64,000 bases of DNA from an uncultured Actinomycetes bacterium (GTDB lineage Bacteria; Actinomycetota; Thermoleophilia; Solirubrobacterales; Solirubrobacteraceae). The number at the start of each line of letters is the position of its first letter. Position 1 is the first letter of the stretch. A model generated the notes under the pieces. That model made no database searches. It was not told the DNA's origin and saw only the letters and a program-made list of their open reading frames with translations. The DNA is taken from assembly GCA_963715695.1 (NCBI GenBank), contig OY970266.1, positions 786,562 to 850,561 on the forward strand, given 5' to 3'. Position numbers and translations under genes: made by a program. This document shows positions 25,761-35,477 of the stretch, piece after piece.

Positions 25761-26105
25761 CGTGTCCCCTGCGGTCGCGGTGGCCGGGCAGCCGGAGGGT
25801 AGCGCAGCCCCTCCGAGCCACCCGCCGGTGCGTCCAAAACAACTCTCAAGTGACAGTCGAGGCTTCATCGGCGATTTAAACGCGCCGGATACCGTCCCGG
25901 CATCAGGGGTGCGATCCTCAAGGGAGGCAGGGGTGCGGCCGATGCTCCTGTGGGCTGTGCAACGCCCGACCCCCGCCAGTTCCAAGCACATGGGTTCTCT
26001 TTTGCAAACATCCAGATCAGTCGGTAGCTTCCGGGAGGACCGCCATCGCGGCGGAAGCTCGACCACGCCGCGGATGCGGTCGTGCGGGAGGTGCTGGACC
26101 GCTCC

Positions 26106-28616
26106 ATGAGGACAACGAAGCTGCGTATCGCCTCGCTTATCGCCGGGGCCGCCGTCCTCCTCGTGATGCTGCTGTCCGCCTCTGCCGGGGCCGATCAGCG
26201 CCGCCTGCTGGTGACGTTGCTGGGCGGAAAGCAACTCGTCCTGACGGTCGAGGCGTCAGCCGGCACCCCCGCCAGCTCGATCCCGCTGCCGGACCTCGGC
26301 GCGCCCGTGATCGGCGTCTCCGAGCAGGGCACCGCTGCCGCCCCCGCGCCAACCACGACCCCGCCGCCGCCTACGTCGAGCAGCACGAGCACGCTGCCGC
26401 CCGCCACGACGATCACGCCCGTCACGAGCACGAGCGAGTCGACGACGGGTCCGGACGCCATCGGTGGAATAGTCACACCTAAGGGTAAAGTCAAGGGTGA
26501 GGGTTTGCGCTCCGACGGGTCGATCGCGGTCCCGCCCTCGACGACCTCGACGGGCAACGGCCAGGGTGCGCTCCAAGACGGCTCCGGCCTCCCGCCGGCG
26601 AACCCGCAGAGCACCGCCGGCGCCCAGCCGACGACCACGAGCCCCGGCTTCACCGTCGCCCCGACCGGCGCCGCCCCGCTCGGCGTCCCGAACTTCTTCA
26701 TCGAGCAGTTCCGCATCCCGCCCTTCCTGCTGCCGATCTACCAGGCGGCCGGGATCCAGTACTCGGTCCCGTGGCAGGTGCTCGCCGCGATCAACGAGAT
26801 CGAGACCGACTACGGGCGCAACCTGTCGGTGTCGACCGCCGGCGCACTCGGCTGGATGCAGTTCATGCCGTCCTCGTGGGCCACGTACGGCGTCGATGCG
26901 AACGGCGACGGCGTGAAGGACCCGTACAACCCGGTCGACGCGATCTTCGCCGCAGCCCGCTACCTCAAGGCAGCCGGCGCCGAGCAGAGCATCGACAAGG
27001 CGATCTTCTCCTACAACCACGCCGACTGGTACGTGCAGTCGGTGCTGCTGCGGGCGCGCGTGATCGGCGGCATGCCGGCTGACCTCGTCGGCTCGCTGAC
27101 CGGGCTCACGCAAGGCCTCTTCCCCGTCGCCTCGAAGGCGACCTACGCCGACGCGCTCGACGCGAAGGCAGCGACGAAGCGCGTGAAGGGGACGAATGCC
27201 GCGGTGCCCGTCAACGGCGACCCGAACCGCCACTCGATCAACATCTTCGCGAAGCCCGGCGCGCGCGTGATCGCGGTCAACGACGGCCGTGTCGTGAAGC
27301 TCGGCAGCAACCGCGTGGCCGGCAACTACGTGGTGCTGCAGGACGTCTACGGCAACCGCTTCATGTACAGCCACCTCGGCGCGGTCGCGACGAAGTACCC
27401 CGTGCCGAAGCAGCGCACCGTCACCGCCGCGCAGGTCCGGCACGAGCTGGCGCTGCCGAAGCACGACAAGAAGCCGTCGCATGCCGCGACCGCCGGTGCA
27501 CAGCCGCAGCGCGGGCACGCGACGCACACGGCGAAGGGCAAGGCCGCGCGCAAGCGCAAGGCCGCGCGCGCCCGTGCGGCCCGCGTCAAGCAGCACGCGG
27601 TCACAACGCCGTCGACAGCAACGGCGACGAGCGACGGCGCGAAGGAGCGCCTGTTCGCGCACCCCGACCGCCCGGCCGCGTACCGCGCCGGCGGCGCCCG
27701 CCAGATCGCCGCGGTCGGCGAACAGGTCACGAGCTTCAACGGCTACCTCACCGGCGCGCTCCACCTCGACCCGAACGACTACGTGCTGAAGCACCTGCGC
27801 GTCGGCTCCTCGGTGATCGCCGGCACCGTCCTCGGCCGCGTCGCGAAGACCGACCGGACGCTCGCGCCGCACGTCGAGTTCACGATCCGCCCGGCCGGCC
27901 GCGGCGCGCCGCTCGTCGACCCGAAGCCGATCCTCGACGGTTGGAAGCTGCTCGAATCGACCGCCGTCTATCGCGCCGACGGCTCGAGCCCCTTCTTCGG
28001 CACCCACGCGAAGAGCGCGTCGGTCGGTCAGATCCTGCTGATGAGCAAGAGCGAGCTGCAGCAGCGCGTGCTCAGCGACCCGCACATCACGATCTACGAG
28101 TGTGGGCGCAAGGACATCGAGACCGGCCAGATCGACCGTCGCGTGCTCGCAACGCTCGAGTTCCTCGCCTCCGACGGCCTCGACCCGACGATCAGCGCGC
28201 TGAAGTGCGGCCACAGCTACCTGACGGCGTCCGGCAACGTCTCCGAGCACTCGAGCGGGGATGCCGTCGACATCGCGGCGATCAACGGCATCACGATCAC
28301 CGGCCACCAAGGCGAAGGCTCGATCACGGACATCGCGATCCGCCGGCTGCTGACACTGCAAGGCGCGATGAAGCCGCACCAGATCATCAGCCTGATGACG
28401 TACCCGGGCGCCGACAACACGCTGTCGCTGCCCGACCACTTCAACCACATCCACGTCGGCTTCCACCCGCTCGACAACGGCCTCGGAATGCCACTGCAGA
28501 CGATCCTCAAGCCGAGCCAGTGGACGAAGCTCGTCCAGCAGCTTGGGACGATCCCGAACCCGGTCGTGCCGGATCATCCGTCGAAGTTCGCGCTCAAGGA
28601 CGGCTCCGGCGACTGA
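26106..28616 (+). CDS. Secreted multidomain peptidoglycan hydrolase: lytic transglycosylase, degenerate M23 domain, C-terminal LAS-type metallopeptidase-like domain
   Basis: WQVLAAINEIETDYG...GWMQFMPSSW (SLT); GNYVVL...YSHL...PHVEF (M23-like); SEHSSGDAVDI...HFNHIHVGF. Confidence 0.85.
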   Translation: MRTTKLRIASLIAGAAVLLVMLLSASAGADQRRLLVTLLGGKQLVLTVEASAGTPASSIPLPDLGAPVIGVSEQGTAAAPAPTTTPPPPTSSSTSTLPPATTITPVTSTSESTTGPDAIGGIVTPKGKVKGEGLRSDGSIAVPPSTTSTGNGQGALQDGSGLPPANPQSTAGAQPTTTSPGFTVAPTGAAPLGVPNFFIEQFRIPPFLLPIYQAAGIQYSVPWQVLAAINEIETDYGRNLSVSTAGALGWMQFMPSSWATYGVDANGDGVKDPYNPVDAIFAAARYLKAAGAEQSIDKAIFSYNHADWYVQSVLLRARVIGGMPADLVGSLTGLTQGLFPVASKATYADALDAKAATKRVKGTNAAVPVNGDPNRHSINIFAKPGARVIAVNDGRVVKLGSNRVAGNYVVLQDVYGNRFMYSHLGAVATKYPVPKQRTVTAAQVRHELALPKHDKKPSHAATAGAQPQRGHATHTAKGKAARKRKAARARAARVKQHAVTTPSTATATSDGAKERLFAHPDRPAAYRAGGARQIAAVGEQVTSFNGYLTGALHLDPNDYVLKHLRVGSSVIAGTVLGRVAKTDRTLAPHVEFTIRPAGRGAPLVDPKPILDGWKLLESTAVYRADGSSPFFGTHAKSASVGQILLMSKSELQQRVLSDPHITIYECGRKDIETGQIDRRVLATLEFLASDGLDPTISALKCGHSYLTASGNVSEHSSGDAVDIAAINGITITGHQGEGSITDIAIRRLLTLQGAMKPHQIISLMTYPGADNTLSLPDHFNHIHVGFHPLDNGLGMPLQTILKPSQWTKLVQQLGTIPNPVVPDHPSKFALKDGSGD

Positions 28617-28632
28617 CGCCGGCGCGGACCGC

Positions 28633-29529
28633 ATGGAGCGGGCCTTCCGCTTCGTGCAGTTCGAGTTTCCCTGGACGCTCGGCCCGGCCGACGGGCGCTA
28701 CGTGCTGCGCGACCCCGATGTCGCGCTCGCCGAGGGCGACGACACGGGCGAGCGAGCTGCCGCGACGCACGTGCTCGTGCTCGCGACGCTGGGGGCGCCC
28801 GAGCGCCGGCGGCTTGGACGCCGCCGTATGGATGACGCTCAACCTGAGCCTGAGCCTATGCCGGTCACGACCACACGCGTGACGACGATCGACGCGCATC
28901 CGACAGCGCTTGCGGACGCTGAGGCCTGGCTCGCCGCGGCCGGCCTCGCGACAGCCGAGACCGCACTCGCAACCGTCGCGCGCGCCGTTCGTGCCCATCG
29001 CATCGCGAGCGGCGACCCGTCCGTCCACGAACCGGCGCTTGCGCAGGCGCTCGTCGTACGCGCCGGCTATGGAGCCGGCGAGCAAGTCGCCGGCGGGCGC
29101 TGGAGCGCAGCCCGCGCCCTCGACACGACACCGCGACGACAGGTGCGGCGACTGCTGGCGCTGCGCCCGCAGGAGCGGCTCGCCGAGCTGCTCGGCGGTC
29201 GCGCCGCCCCCTTCGCCTGCGAGGAGCTGACGCTGCGCGCGCGTCACGACGTCGACCACGGTCAGCTGCGCGAGGCGGCGCTGCAGCTGCGGCTCGCCTT
29301 CGAGGCTGCGCTCGCCGAGTTGCCCGCGACGGCGAAGCCGGCCGGCTCGGCCGCGAGCGACGGCGACGCGACCCGCATCGCCGAGCTGCGCACGCTCGCT
29401 CCGCAGGTCGCCGCACTCGCCCACGAGGCACTCGGCGGCGTGCTCCCGCCCGACGCCGGCGAGACGCTCGCGAGCGCGCTCGGCCGCCTCGAGGCCGCAC
29501 TGCGGGCGCGCGCGGCGAGCGAAGCCTGA
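28633..29529 (+). CDS. Hypothetical protein
   Basis: Intact ORF with GC3-biased codons, 16 bp downstream of the hydrolase. Confidence 0.7.
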   Translation: MERAFRFVQFEFPWTLGPADGRYVLRDPDVALAEGDDTGERAAATHVLVLATLGAPERRRLGRRRMDDAQPEPEPMPVTTTRVTTIDAHPTALADAEAWLAAAGLATAETALATVARAVRAHRIASGDPSVHEPALAQALVVRAGYGAGEQVAGGRWSAARALDTTPRRQVRRLLALRPQERLAELLGGRAAPFACEELTLRARHDVDHGQLREAALQLRLAFEAALAELPATAKPAGSAASDGDATRIAELRTLAPQVAALAHEALGGVLPPDAGETLASALGRLEAALRARAASEA

Positions 29530-29530
29530 G

Positions 29531-30634
29531 TCAGCGGCCGTGGAAGCGCGCGGTGCGCTTCTGCAAGAAGGCGGCGATGCCCTCCTGCGCGTCCTCAGAC
29601 GCGAAGGCAGTCGCGAAGCCGGCCTTCTCTGCGGCGATGCCGGCATCGAGGTCGCCCTGTGCCGCGGCGCGCTTGATCTCGCGCAGCGCGACGGGCGCCT
29701 GACCGGCGAGCTTGCGCGCCCACGCGAGCGCGCTGTCGAACAGCTCGTGGTCCGCCATCACGCGGTTGACGAGCCCGACCTCGTAGGCCTCGTCGGCCGA
29801 GATCGGCTCACCCGTCAGGTTCATCTCCAACGCCTTCGCCTCGCCGATCAGCCGCGGCAGCCGCTGCGTTCCGCCGAAGCCGGGGATGATCCCGAGGTTG
29901 ACCTCGGGCTGACCGAACGTGGCTGACTCGGCGGCGATCCGCATGTCGCAGGCCATCGCCAGCTCGCAGCCGCCGCCGAACGCCGGCGCGTTGACCGCCG
30001 CGATCGTCGCGACCGAGCTCTGCTCGAAGGCGCGCAGCAGCGCGTGCGTCTCGTCGAGCAGCACGCGTCCTGCATCGGCGTCCATCGTCGTGAAGGCCTT
30101 GATGTCGGCGCCGGCGCAGAACAGCATCGGGTTGGCCGAGGCGATCACGAGCGCGCGGATCGTGTCGTCGCCGTCGACGTGCTCCCAGATGCGCCGCAGC
30201 GCGGCGATCGTCTCCGGCGCAAGCGAGTTCGCTGGCGGGCGGTCGAGCCAGGCGATCGCGATCGCCCCGCGCGTCTCCAGCTTCACCGGTCCCTCGTCCC
30301 AGCCGGCGTCGGGCTGCGCGTACGGGAAGAAGCCCTGGCCGGTCACGCGGCCGAGACGGCCCTGCGCGACGAGCCGGCGCAGGATCGACGGTGGCGCGTA
30401 GTGCTCGCCCCACTCCGCCTCGGCGCGCTCGAGCCGCGCCAGCACCATGTCGAGGCCCTCGGCGTCGGCGCGCGCGAACGGCGGCGGCATGATCCCGGCG
30501 CCGGCCATCATGCCGAGGTCTATGTCCTTCGCGGTGGCGATTCGCTCCTCCAGCACGAGGCAGGACTCGACGAGCATCTTCAGCTGGAAGCGCTCGACGA
30601 CCTCGGTCGCGTCGTCGCCGGTCGCGTCAGCCAT
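29531..30634 (-). CDS. Enoyl-CoA hydratase fused to an N-terminal 3-hydroxyacyl-CoA dehydrogenase C-domain
   Basis: DIDLGM...GRLGRVTGQGFF, then FCAGADI, GGGCELAMACD, PEVNLGIIPGFGGTQRL. Confidence 0.9.
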   Translation of the reverse strand: MADATGDDATEVVERFQLKMLVESCLVLEERIATAKDIDLGMMAGAGIMPPPFARADAEGLDMVLARLERAEAEWGEHYAPPSILRRLVAQGRLGRVTGQGFFPYAQPDAGWDEGPVKLETRGAIAIAWLDRPPANSLAPETIAALRRIWEHVDGDDTIRALVIASANPMLFCAGADIKAFTTMDADAGRVLLDETHALLRAFEQSSVATIAAVNAPAFGGGCELAMACDMRIAAESATFGQPEVNLGIIPGFGGTQRLPRLIGEAKALEMNLTGEPISADEAYEVGLVNRVMADHELFDSALAWARKLAGQAPVALREIKRAAAQGDLDAGIAAEKAGFATAFASEDAQEGIAAFLQKRTARFHGR

Positions 30635-31475
30635 GCGTGTAGAAGCCCTTCCCCGTCTTCGCGCCCAGGTCGCCGCGCTCGATCCGCTCGAGCATCCCCT
30701 GGTGGAGCGGGAAGCGGTCGCCGAAGCAGTCGTTGAGGTGGCGCCCCACGTGGCCGACGGTGTCGAGCCCGAGCAGGTCGACGAGGAAGAACGGCCCCAT
30801 CGGCGTCGCCTTCGCGTCCATCATCGCCTTGTCGATCTGCTCGATCGCGATCCCGGTCGCCTCCTGGAAGCGGAAGACCTCGCCGAAGGACGAGTTGAGG
30901 ATGCGGTTCACGACGAAGCCGGGCGACTCGGCGCAGCGGATCGGCAGCTTGCGGATCGTCTGCGCGAAGCTCGTCGCCGCCTGCATCGTCTCGGGCGAGG
31001 TCTCCGCCCCCTCGATCACCTCGATCAGCCGCATCACCGAGGCCGGGTAGAAGAAGTGGAAGCCGACCACCTTGTCGGGCCGGCTCGTCGCCTCGGCCAT
31101 CTCGTCGATCGACAGCGCCGACGTGTTCGAGGCGAGGATCGCGTGGCCGGGCGTGACGCCATCGAGCTCCGCGAAGACGCGCTGCTTCAGCTCCATCCGC
31201 TCCGGCACCGCCTCGATCACGAGGTCGACGTCGCCGAAGCTGTCGTACGTCGTCGTGCCGGCGATCAGGCTCATCCGCTGCTCGAGCTGCTCGGGCGCGA
31301 GCTTCCCAGCGTCGACGCGCCCCTGCCAGAGCGAGCGGGCCTTCTCGAGCCCTTGGTCGACGAAGCGCTGCTCGACGTCCTTCAGCACGACCGGAATGTC
31401 CGCGGAGGCGATCGCGTGCGCGATCTCCCCGCCCATCGTCCCGGCACCGACGACCCCTGCTTTGAACACGAACAT
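30627..31475 (-). CDS. 3-hydroxyacyl-CoA dehydrogenase
   Basis: GVVGAGTMG, IEAVPE, ASNTSAL, GFHFF, PGFVVNR, GAKTGKGFY. Confidence 0.93.
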   Translation of the reverse strand: MFVFKAGVVGAGTMGGEIAHAIASADIPVVLKDVEQRFVDQGLEKARSLWQGRVDAGKLAPEQLEQRMSLIAGTTTYDSFGDVDLVIEAVPERMELKQRVFAELDGVTPGHAILASNTSALSIDEMAEATSRPDKVVGFHFFYPASVMRLIEVIEGAETSPETMQAATSFAQTIRKLPIRCAESPGFVVNRILNSSFGEVFRFQEATGIAIEQIDKAMMDAKATPMGPFFLVDLLGLDTVGHVGRHLNDCFGDRFPLHQGMLERIERGDLGAKTGKGFYTHG

Positions 31476-31565
31476 GCGCGCGGACTCTATCTTGGCCGGA
31501 CGCAACTCGGATGCACCGTCGGTGTTCCGGGGCATAGGAGCCAATCGAGACTGGGAGACCGCCTG

Positions 31566-32567
31566 ATGCGACGCCTTGGAGCCAGCCTCACGACCCTCGC
31601 GCTGCTGCTCGCCGTAGCGCCCGCAGCCGCGAGCGCGGAGAGCCCGACCGTGACGACCGTCAGCGCGACGGCGGTCGGCCAGAAGAGCGCGACGATGCGC
31701 GCGAACGTGAACCCGCACGGGCTCGCGACGACGTACGCCTTCCAGTACGGCACCACGTCCGGCTACGGGTCGCAGACCTCGTCCCACTCGGCCGGCTCCG
31801 GCACGGTGAGCGTCGCCAAGAGCGTGGGTGTCAGCGGGCTCACGCCCGGCACGACCTACCACTTCCGCGTGATCGCCTCGAACGCCGACGGCACGTCCCA
31901 AGGCTCCGACCACACGTTCAAGACGACGCTGCCGCCGGCGAAGCGGCCGAGCGTGCTGTCGACCGCACCGTTCGCGCCGACGGCGAACGGCGTCACCTTC
32001 ACCGCGCTGCTGAACCCGAACGCAGCGACGACGACCTACCGCTTCCAGTACGGCACCTCAACCGCGTACGGGCTCGAGACGTTCGGCAAGACGCTGTCCG
32101 CCGGCGTCGTCCCGCGCTCCGTCCAATTCTCGCTCGGGAGCCTCGCGTCGCACACGACCTACCACTTCCGCGTCGTCGCCTCCAACCGCGGCGGCACGAC
32201 GTTCGGGCCGGACACGCTCGCCCAGACGGGGCCGTTCCCGCCCGGCGCGCTGTCGGTCCACACGAGCCCCGGGCACGCGCGGCGCTCGCACCCCTACTTC
32301 GTCACGAAGGGCCAGTTGCGGCTCGGCCCGGGCGTCTCCGTCGCCCAGGGCTGCAGCAGCGGGACGATCAGCGTGCGCTTCACGTCCGGGCGCCACACGG
32401 TCGCCCGCGCGCACACGAGCCTGCACGGCGGGCACTGCTCCTTCCGGCTGCGGATGCGCGTGCTGCCGCGCCACGGCATCCACCGACTGCGCGTGCGCAC
32501 GACGTTCGGCGGGAACACGATCCTCACGCCGGTCGCCGCGCGCACGCACCTCGTGCGTATCCGTTAG
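31566..32567 (+). CDS. Secreted protein with two fibronectin type III-like domains
   Basis: Signal peptide; two copies of FQYGT..YG...TTYHFRV.ASN. Confidence 0.85.
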   Translation: MRRLGASLTTLALLLAVAPAAASAESPTVTTVSATAVGQKSATMRANVNPHGLATTYAFQYGTTSGYGSQTSSHSAGSGTVSVAKSVGVSGLTPGTTYHFRVIASNADGTSQGSDHTFKTTLPPAKRPSVLSTAPFAPTANGVTFTALLNPNAATTTYRFQYGTSTAYGLETFGKTLSAGVVPRSVQFSLGSLASHTTYHFRVVASNRGGTTFGPDTLAQTGPFPPGALSVHTSPGHARRSHPYFVTKGQLRLGPGVSVAQGCSSGTISVRFTSGRHTVARAHTSLHGGHCSFRLRMRVLPRHGIHRLRVRTTFGGNTILTPVAARTHLVRIR

Positions 32568-33736
32568 ACGGCAGCCGTCGCCGGCTCGTCGATGCGGCGC
32601 GGGATCAGCGTCTCGCGAGCGATCACGAGGCGCTGGATCTGCGCCGTGCCCTCGTAGAGCTGCATGATCTTCGCGTCGCGCATCAGCTTCTCGACCGGGT
32701 AGTCCTTGATGAAGCCGTAGCCGCCGTAGACCTGCACCGCGTCGGTCGCGACCTTCATCGCTGCGTCGGCGGCGAAGCGCTTGGCGTGTGAGGACAGCAG
32801 CGTGTTGCGCATCCCCTGGTCGAGCAGGACTGCCGACTTCCACGTCAGCAGGCGCGCGGCCTCGACGTCGGTCGCCATGTCGGCGATCATGAACTGGATC
32901 GCCTGGTGCATCGCGATCGGCACGCCGAACTGCACGCGCTCCTTCGAGTAGTCGATCGCGAACTCCATCGCGGCGCGGGCGATGCCGGTCGCCATCGCGG
33001 CGACGCCCGGACGCGTGCGGTCGAGCGTCATCATCGCGAGCTTGAAGCCCTTGTTCTCCTCGCCGATCAGGTGGTCGGCGGGGATCTCGACGTCGTTGAA
33101 GGAGACGGTCGCCGTGTTCGACGCCCGCTGGCCCATCTTGTCCTCCTTCTTGTCCACGACGACGCCTGCGTCGCGCGGGACGATGAAGGCGGAGATGCCG
33201 CGGTGACCCGCGTCCTTGTCGGTCTTCGCGTAGACCGTGTACCAGTTCGCGTAGCCGCCGTTCGTGATGAAGCACTTCGAGCCGTTGATGACCCACTTGT
33301 CGCCCTTCTTGACCGCCGTCGTCTTCATGCCGGAGACGTCGGAGCCGGCGTCAGGCTCGGTCAGGCAGAAGGAGGCGAGCAGCGGCGCCTCCGTGAGGCG
33401 GCCGAGGTACTCCTTCTTCAGCTCGTCGGAGGCACCGAGCACGACCGGCGCAGAGGCGAGGCCGTTGCAGCCGACCGACGTCTGGATGCCGGAGCAGCCC
33501 CACGACAGCTCCTCCTCGATGATGCAGCCGTCGAGGTAGCCGGCACCGGGACCGCCGTACTCCTCGGGGATGTGGGTGTTCATGAGCCCCACCTCCCAGG
33601 CCTTCTCGATGATCTTCTCCGGCCAGGTGCCGTCCTTGTCGAACTCCCAGGCGACCGGCCGGATCTCCTTCACGGCAAAGTCGTGCGCCATCTCGCGCAG
33701 GTTCTTTTGCTCGTCGGTGAGCGTGAAATCAACCAC
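32564..33736 (-). CDS. Acyl-CoA dehydrogenase
   Basis: FCLTEPDAGSD, INGSKCFITNG, VQVYGGYG, IMQLYEGTAQIQR. Confidence 0.96.
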   Translation of the reverse strand: MVDFTLTDEQKNLREMAHDFAVKEIRPVAWEFDKDGTWPEKIIEKAWEVGLMNTHIPEEYGGPGAGYLDGCIIEEELSWGCSGIQTSVGCNGLASAPVVLGASDELKKEYLGRLTEAPLLASFCLTEPDAGSDVSGMKTTAVKKGDKWVINGSKCFITNGGYANWYTVYAKTDKDAGHRGISAFIVPRDAGVVVDKKEDKMGQRASNTATVSFNDVEIPADHLIGEENKGFKLAMMTLDRTRPGVAAMATGIARAAMEFAIDYSKERVQFGVPIAMHQAIQFMIADMATDVEAARLLTWKSAVLLDQGMRNTLLSSHAKRFAADAAMKVATDAVQVYGGYGFIKDYPVEKLMRDAKIMQLYEGTAQIQRLVIARETLIPRRIDEPATAAV

Positions 33737-33796
33737 GGTGATGACTCCTTGGACGGTGGCGCCCCGGGCTCCGCCGGGCGGGAGGTTTCGGACAGA

Positions 33797-33812
33797 TTGA
33801 CTGGTCAGTCAA
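33797..33812. promoter_or_regulatory. Palindromic operator (TetR-like) upstream of the acyl-CoA dehydrogenase
   Basis: TTGACTG-GT-CAGTCAA, perfect 7-bp arms in a divergent intergenic region. Confidence 0.65.
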
Positions 33813-33912
33813 CGATCGATCCCAGGGTAGCGGACGAGGGCCGCGAATCACAAGCGGCGACCGTTCGGCGTGAGGCGGCATTCCAACCCGGCGACCGGAT
33901 AGGCTGACCGCC

Positions 33913-34257
33913 ATGGCCCTCCCCCGCCGCTTCGAGATCGACGAGCTGGTGCTCCGTCCCGGCACCTATTTCAACCCCGAGACCGAGGTGCTGATCGTCG
34001 TCGACGACACGCCCGAGGTCGACCAGGCGATCTTCGACGCCGAGGGCGGCGAGCCCGAAGGCGGCGACTGGGTGCTCGTCACCGACGACGTGCCGGTCGA
34101 CGAAGCCGCCCGCGACGAGCTGATGGAACGCTTCCAGGCCCGCTACCACGGCGCCACCCCGCTCGACCTCGACGCGGACGACGCCGACGAGGACGACACG
34201 CTCCCCGACGGCCTCGACGACGAAGAAGACGAGGACGACGGCGTCGAAGAGCTGTAG
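33913..34257 (+). CDS. Small highly acidic hypothetical protein
   Basis: 114-aa ORF with typical codon bias; TAGGCT -10 lies 7 nt upstream. Confidence 0.75.
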   Translation: MALPRRFEIDELVLRPGTYFNPETEVLIVVDDTPEVDQAIFDAEGGEPEGGDWVLVTDDVPVDEAARDELMERFQARYHGATPLDLDADDADEDDTLPDGLDDEEDEDDGVEEL

Positions 34258-35397
34258 TCAGGCGTAGCCGAAGGCCAACGCTAAGACGAGATAGACGGCG
34301 AGCAGCTGGATCCCCTCGAACCAGTTCGACTCGCCGCGGTTCGTCACGTGCGTGGCGATCAGCACGGCGAGGAACACGCCGCCGAGCTCGAAGCCGTTGA
34401 AGACGAGCGCCATCGGTCCCGGGCCGAGCACGAACGAGACGAGCACGAGCAGCGGCGCGACGAACAGCGCGATCTGCGCGCTCGAACCGATCGCGATGTT
34501 GACCGCGAGGTCCATCTTGTCCTTGCGCGCGACGAGCACCGCCACCCAGTGCTCGGCTGCGTTGCCGACGATCGCGACGACGATCGCGCCGACGAAGAAC
34601 TCTGTGAGCCCGATCGAGCGGGCCGCGTCGGAGATCGAGCCGACGAGGATCTCCGACATCCCCGCAACGGCGACGCCGGCGAGCGCGAGCATCGCGACGG
34701 AGCGCCGGACGCTCCACGGCTCGGCGCCGTCGAGCTCGTCCTCCGCGGGCGGGTTGAAGAGGTCGCGGTGCGTGCGCAGCGAGAAGATCAGCCCCGCGCC
34801 GTAGGAGAACATCAGCACGAGCGCGACGGCGAGCGAGAGGTGCTCGACGGTCGAGTCGTAGTTCACGCGCTCGGCGCCCGGCAGCGGCAGGCCCTTGCCC
34901 TCCACCAGCTCGAAGATCGCCGGCATCGCGAGCGCGACGACCGCCAGCAGCAGCATCGTCGCCTGCGCGCCCGCGCTGATGCGGTTGAAGACCTGACGCT
35001 CGCGCCCGAGCCCGCCGGCGAACATCGAGGCGCCGAGCACGAGCAGCGTGTTGCCGATCACCGAGCCGATCAGTGACGCCTTCACGACCTCCTGGAGGCC
35101 GGCGCCGAGCGCGAACAGCGCGATGATCAGCTCCGGCGCGTTGCCGAACGTGACGTTCAGCAGGCCGCCGACGCCCGGCCCCGAGCGCGCCGCGAGCTCC
35201 TCCGTCGCGCGGCCCATCAGGGCAGCGGTCGGGATCACGCCGAGCGCTGAGCACGCGAAGATCAGCACCGCGCTCGCGCCCGCCACGTCGACCGCGATCG
35301 CGATCGGAATGAACGGGACGAGCAGGTAGGGCCAGCCCCCGCCGCTCAGCAGGAAGCGGCGCAGGTCGGGCGACTGGCGGCGCGCATCGGCAGGCAC
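34258..35397 (-). CDS. Calcium/proton exchanger (CAX/ChaA family)
   Basis: Alpha repeats NVTFGNAPEL and VGNAAEH, IGSSAQIAL; about 11 TM segments. Confidence 0.93.
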   Translation of the reverse strand: MPADARRQSPDLRRFLLSGGGWPYLLVPFIPIAIAVDVAGASAVLIFACSALGVIPTAALMGRATEELAARSGPGVGGLLNVTFGNAPELIIALFALGAGLQEVVKASLIGSVIGNTLLVLGASMFAGGLGRERQVFNRISAGAQATMLLLAVVALAMPAIFELVEGKGLPLPGAERVNYDSTVEHLSLAVALVLMFSYGAGLIFSLRTHRDLFNPPAEDELDGAEPWSVRRSVAMLALAGVAVAGMSEILVGSISDAARSIGLTEFFVGAIVVAIVGNAAEHWVAVLVARKDKMDLAVNIAIGSSAQIALFVAPLLVLVSFVLGPGPMALVFNGFELGGVFLAVLIATHVTNRGESNWFEGIQLLAVYLVLALAFGYA

Positions 35398-35416
35398 GAG
35401 GCGGCGAACGATACGC

Positions 35417-35460
35417 GACCCCGCCCCCGTCCCGGCTTCGGGCCGGGAGCGGACGGGGTC
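35417..35460 (-). terminator. GC-rich hairpin after the lipoprotein gene
   Basis: GACCCCG...TCCCGGC-TTCGG-GCCGGGA...CGGGGTC. Confidence 0.55.
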
Positions 35461-35477
35461 GCGAACGTGTCAGACAG

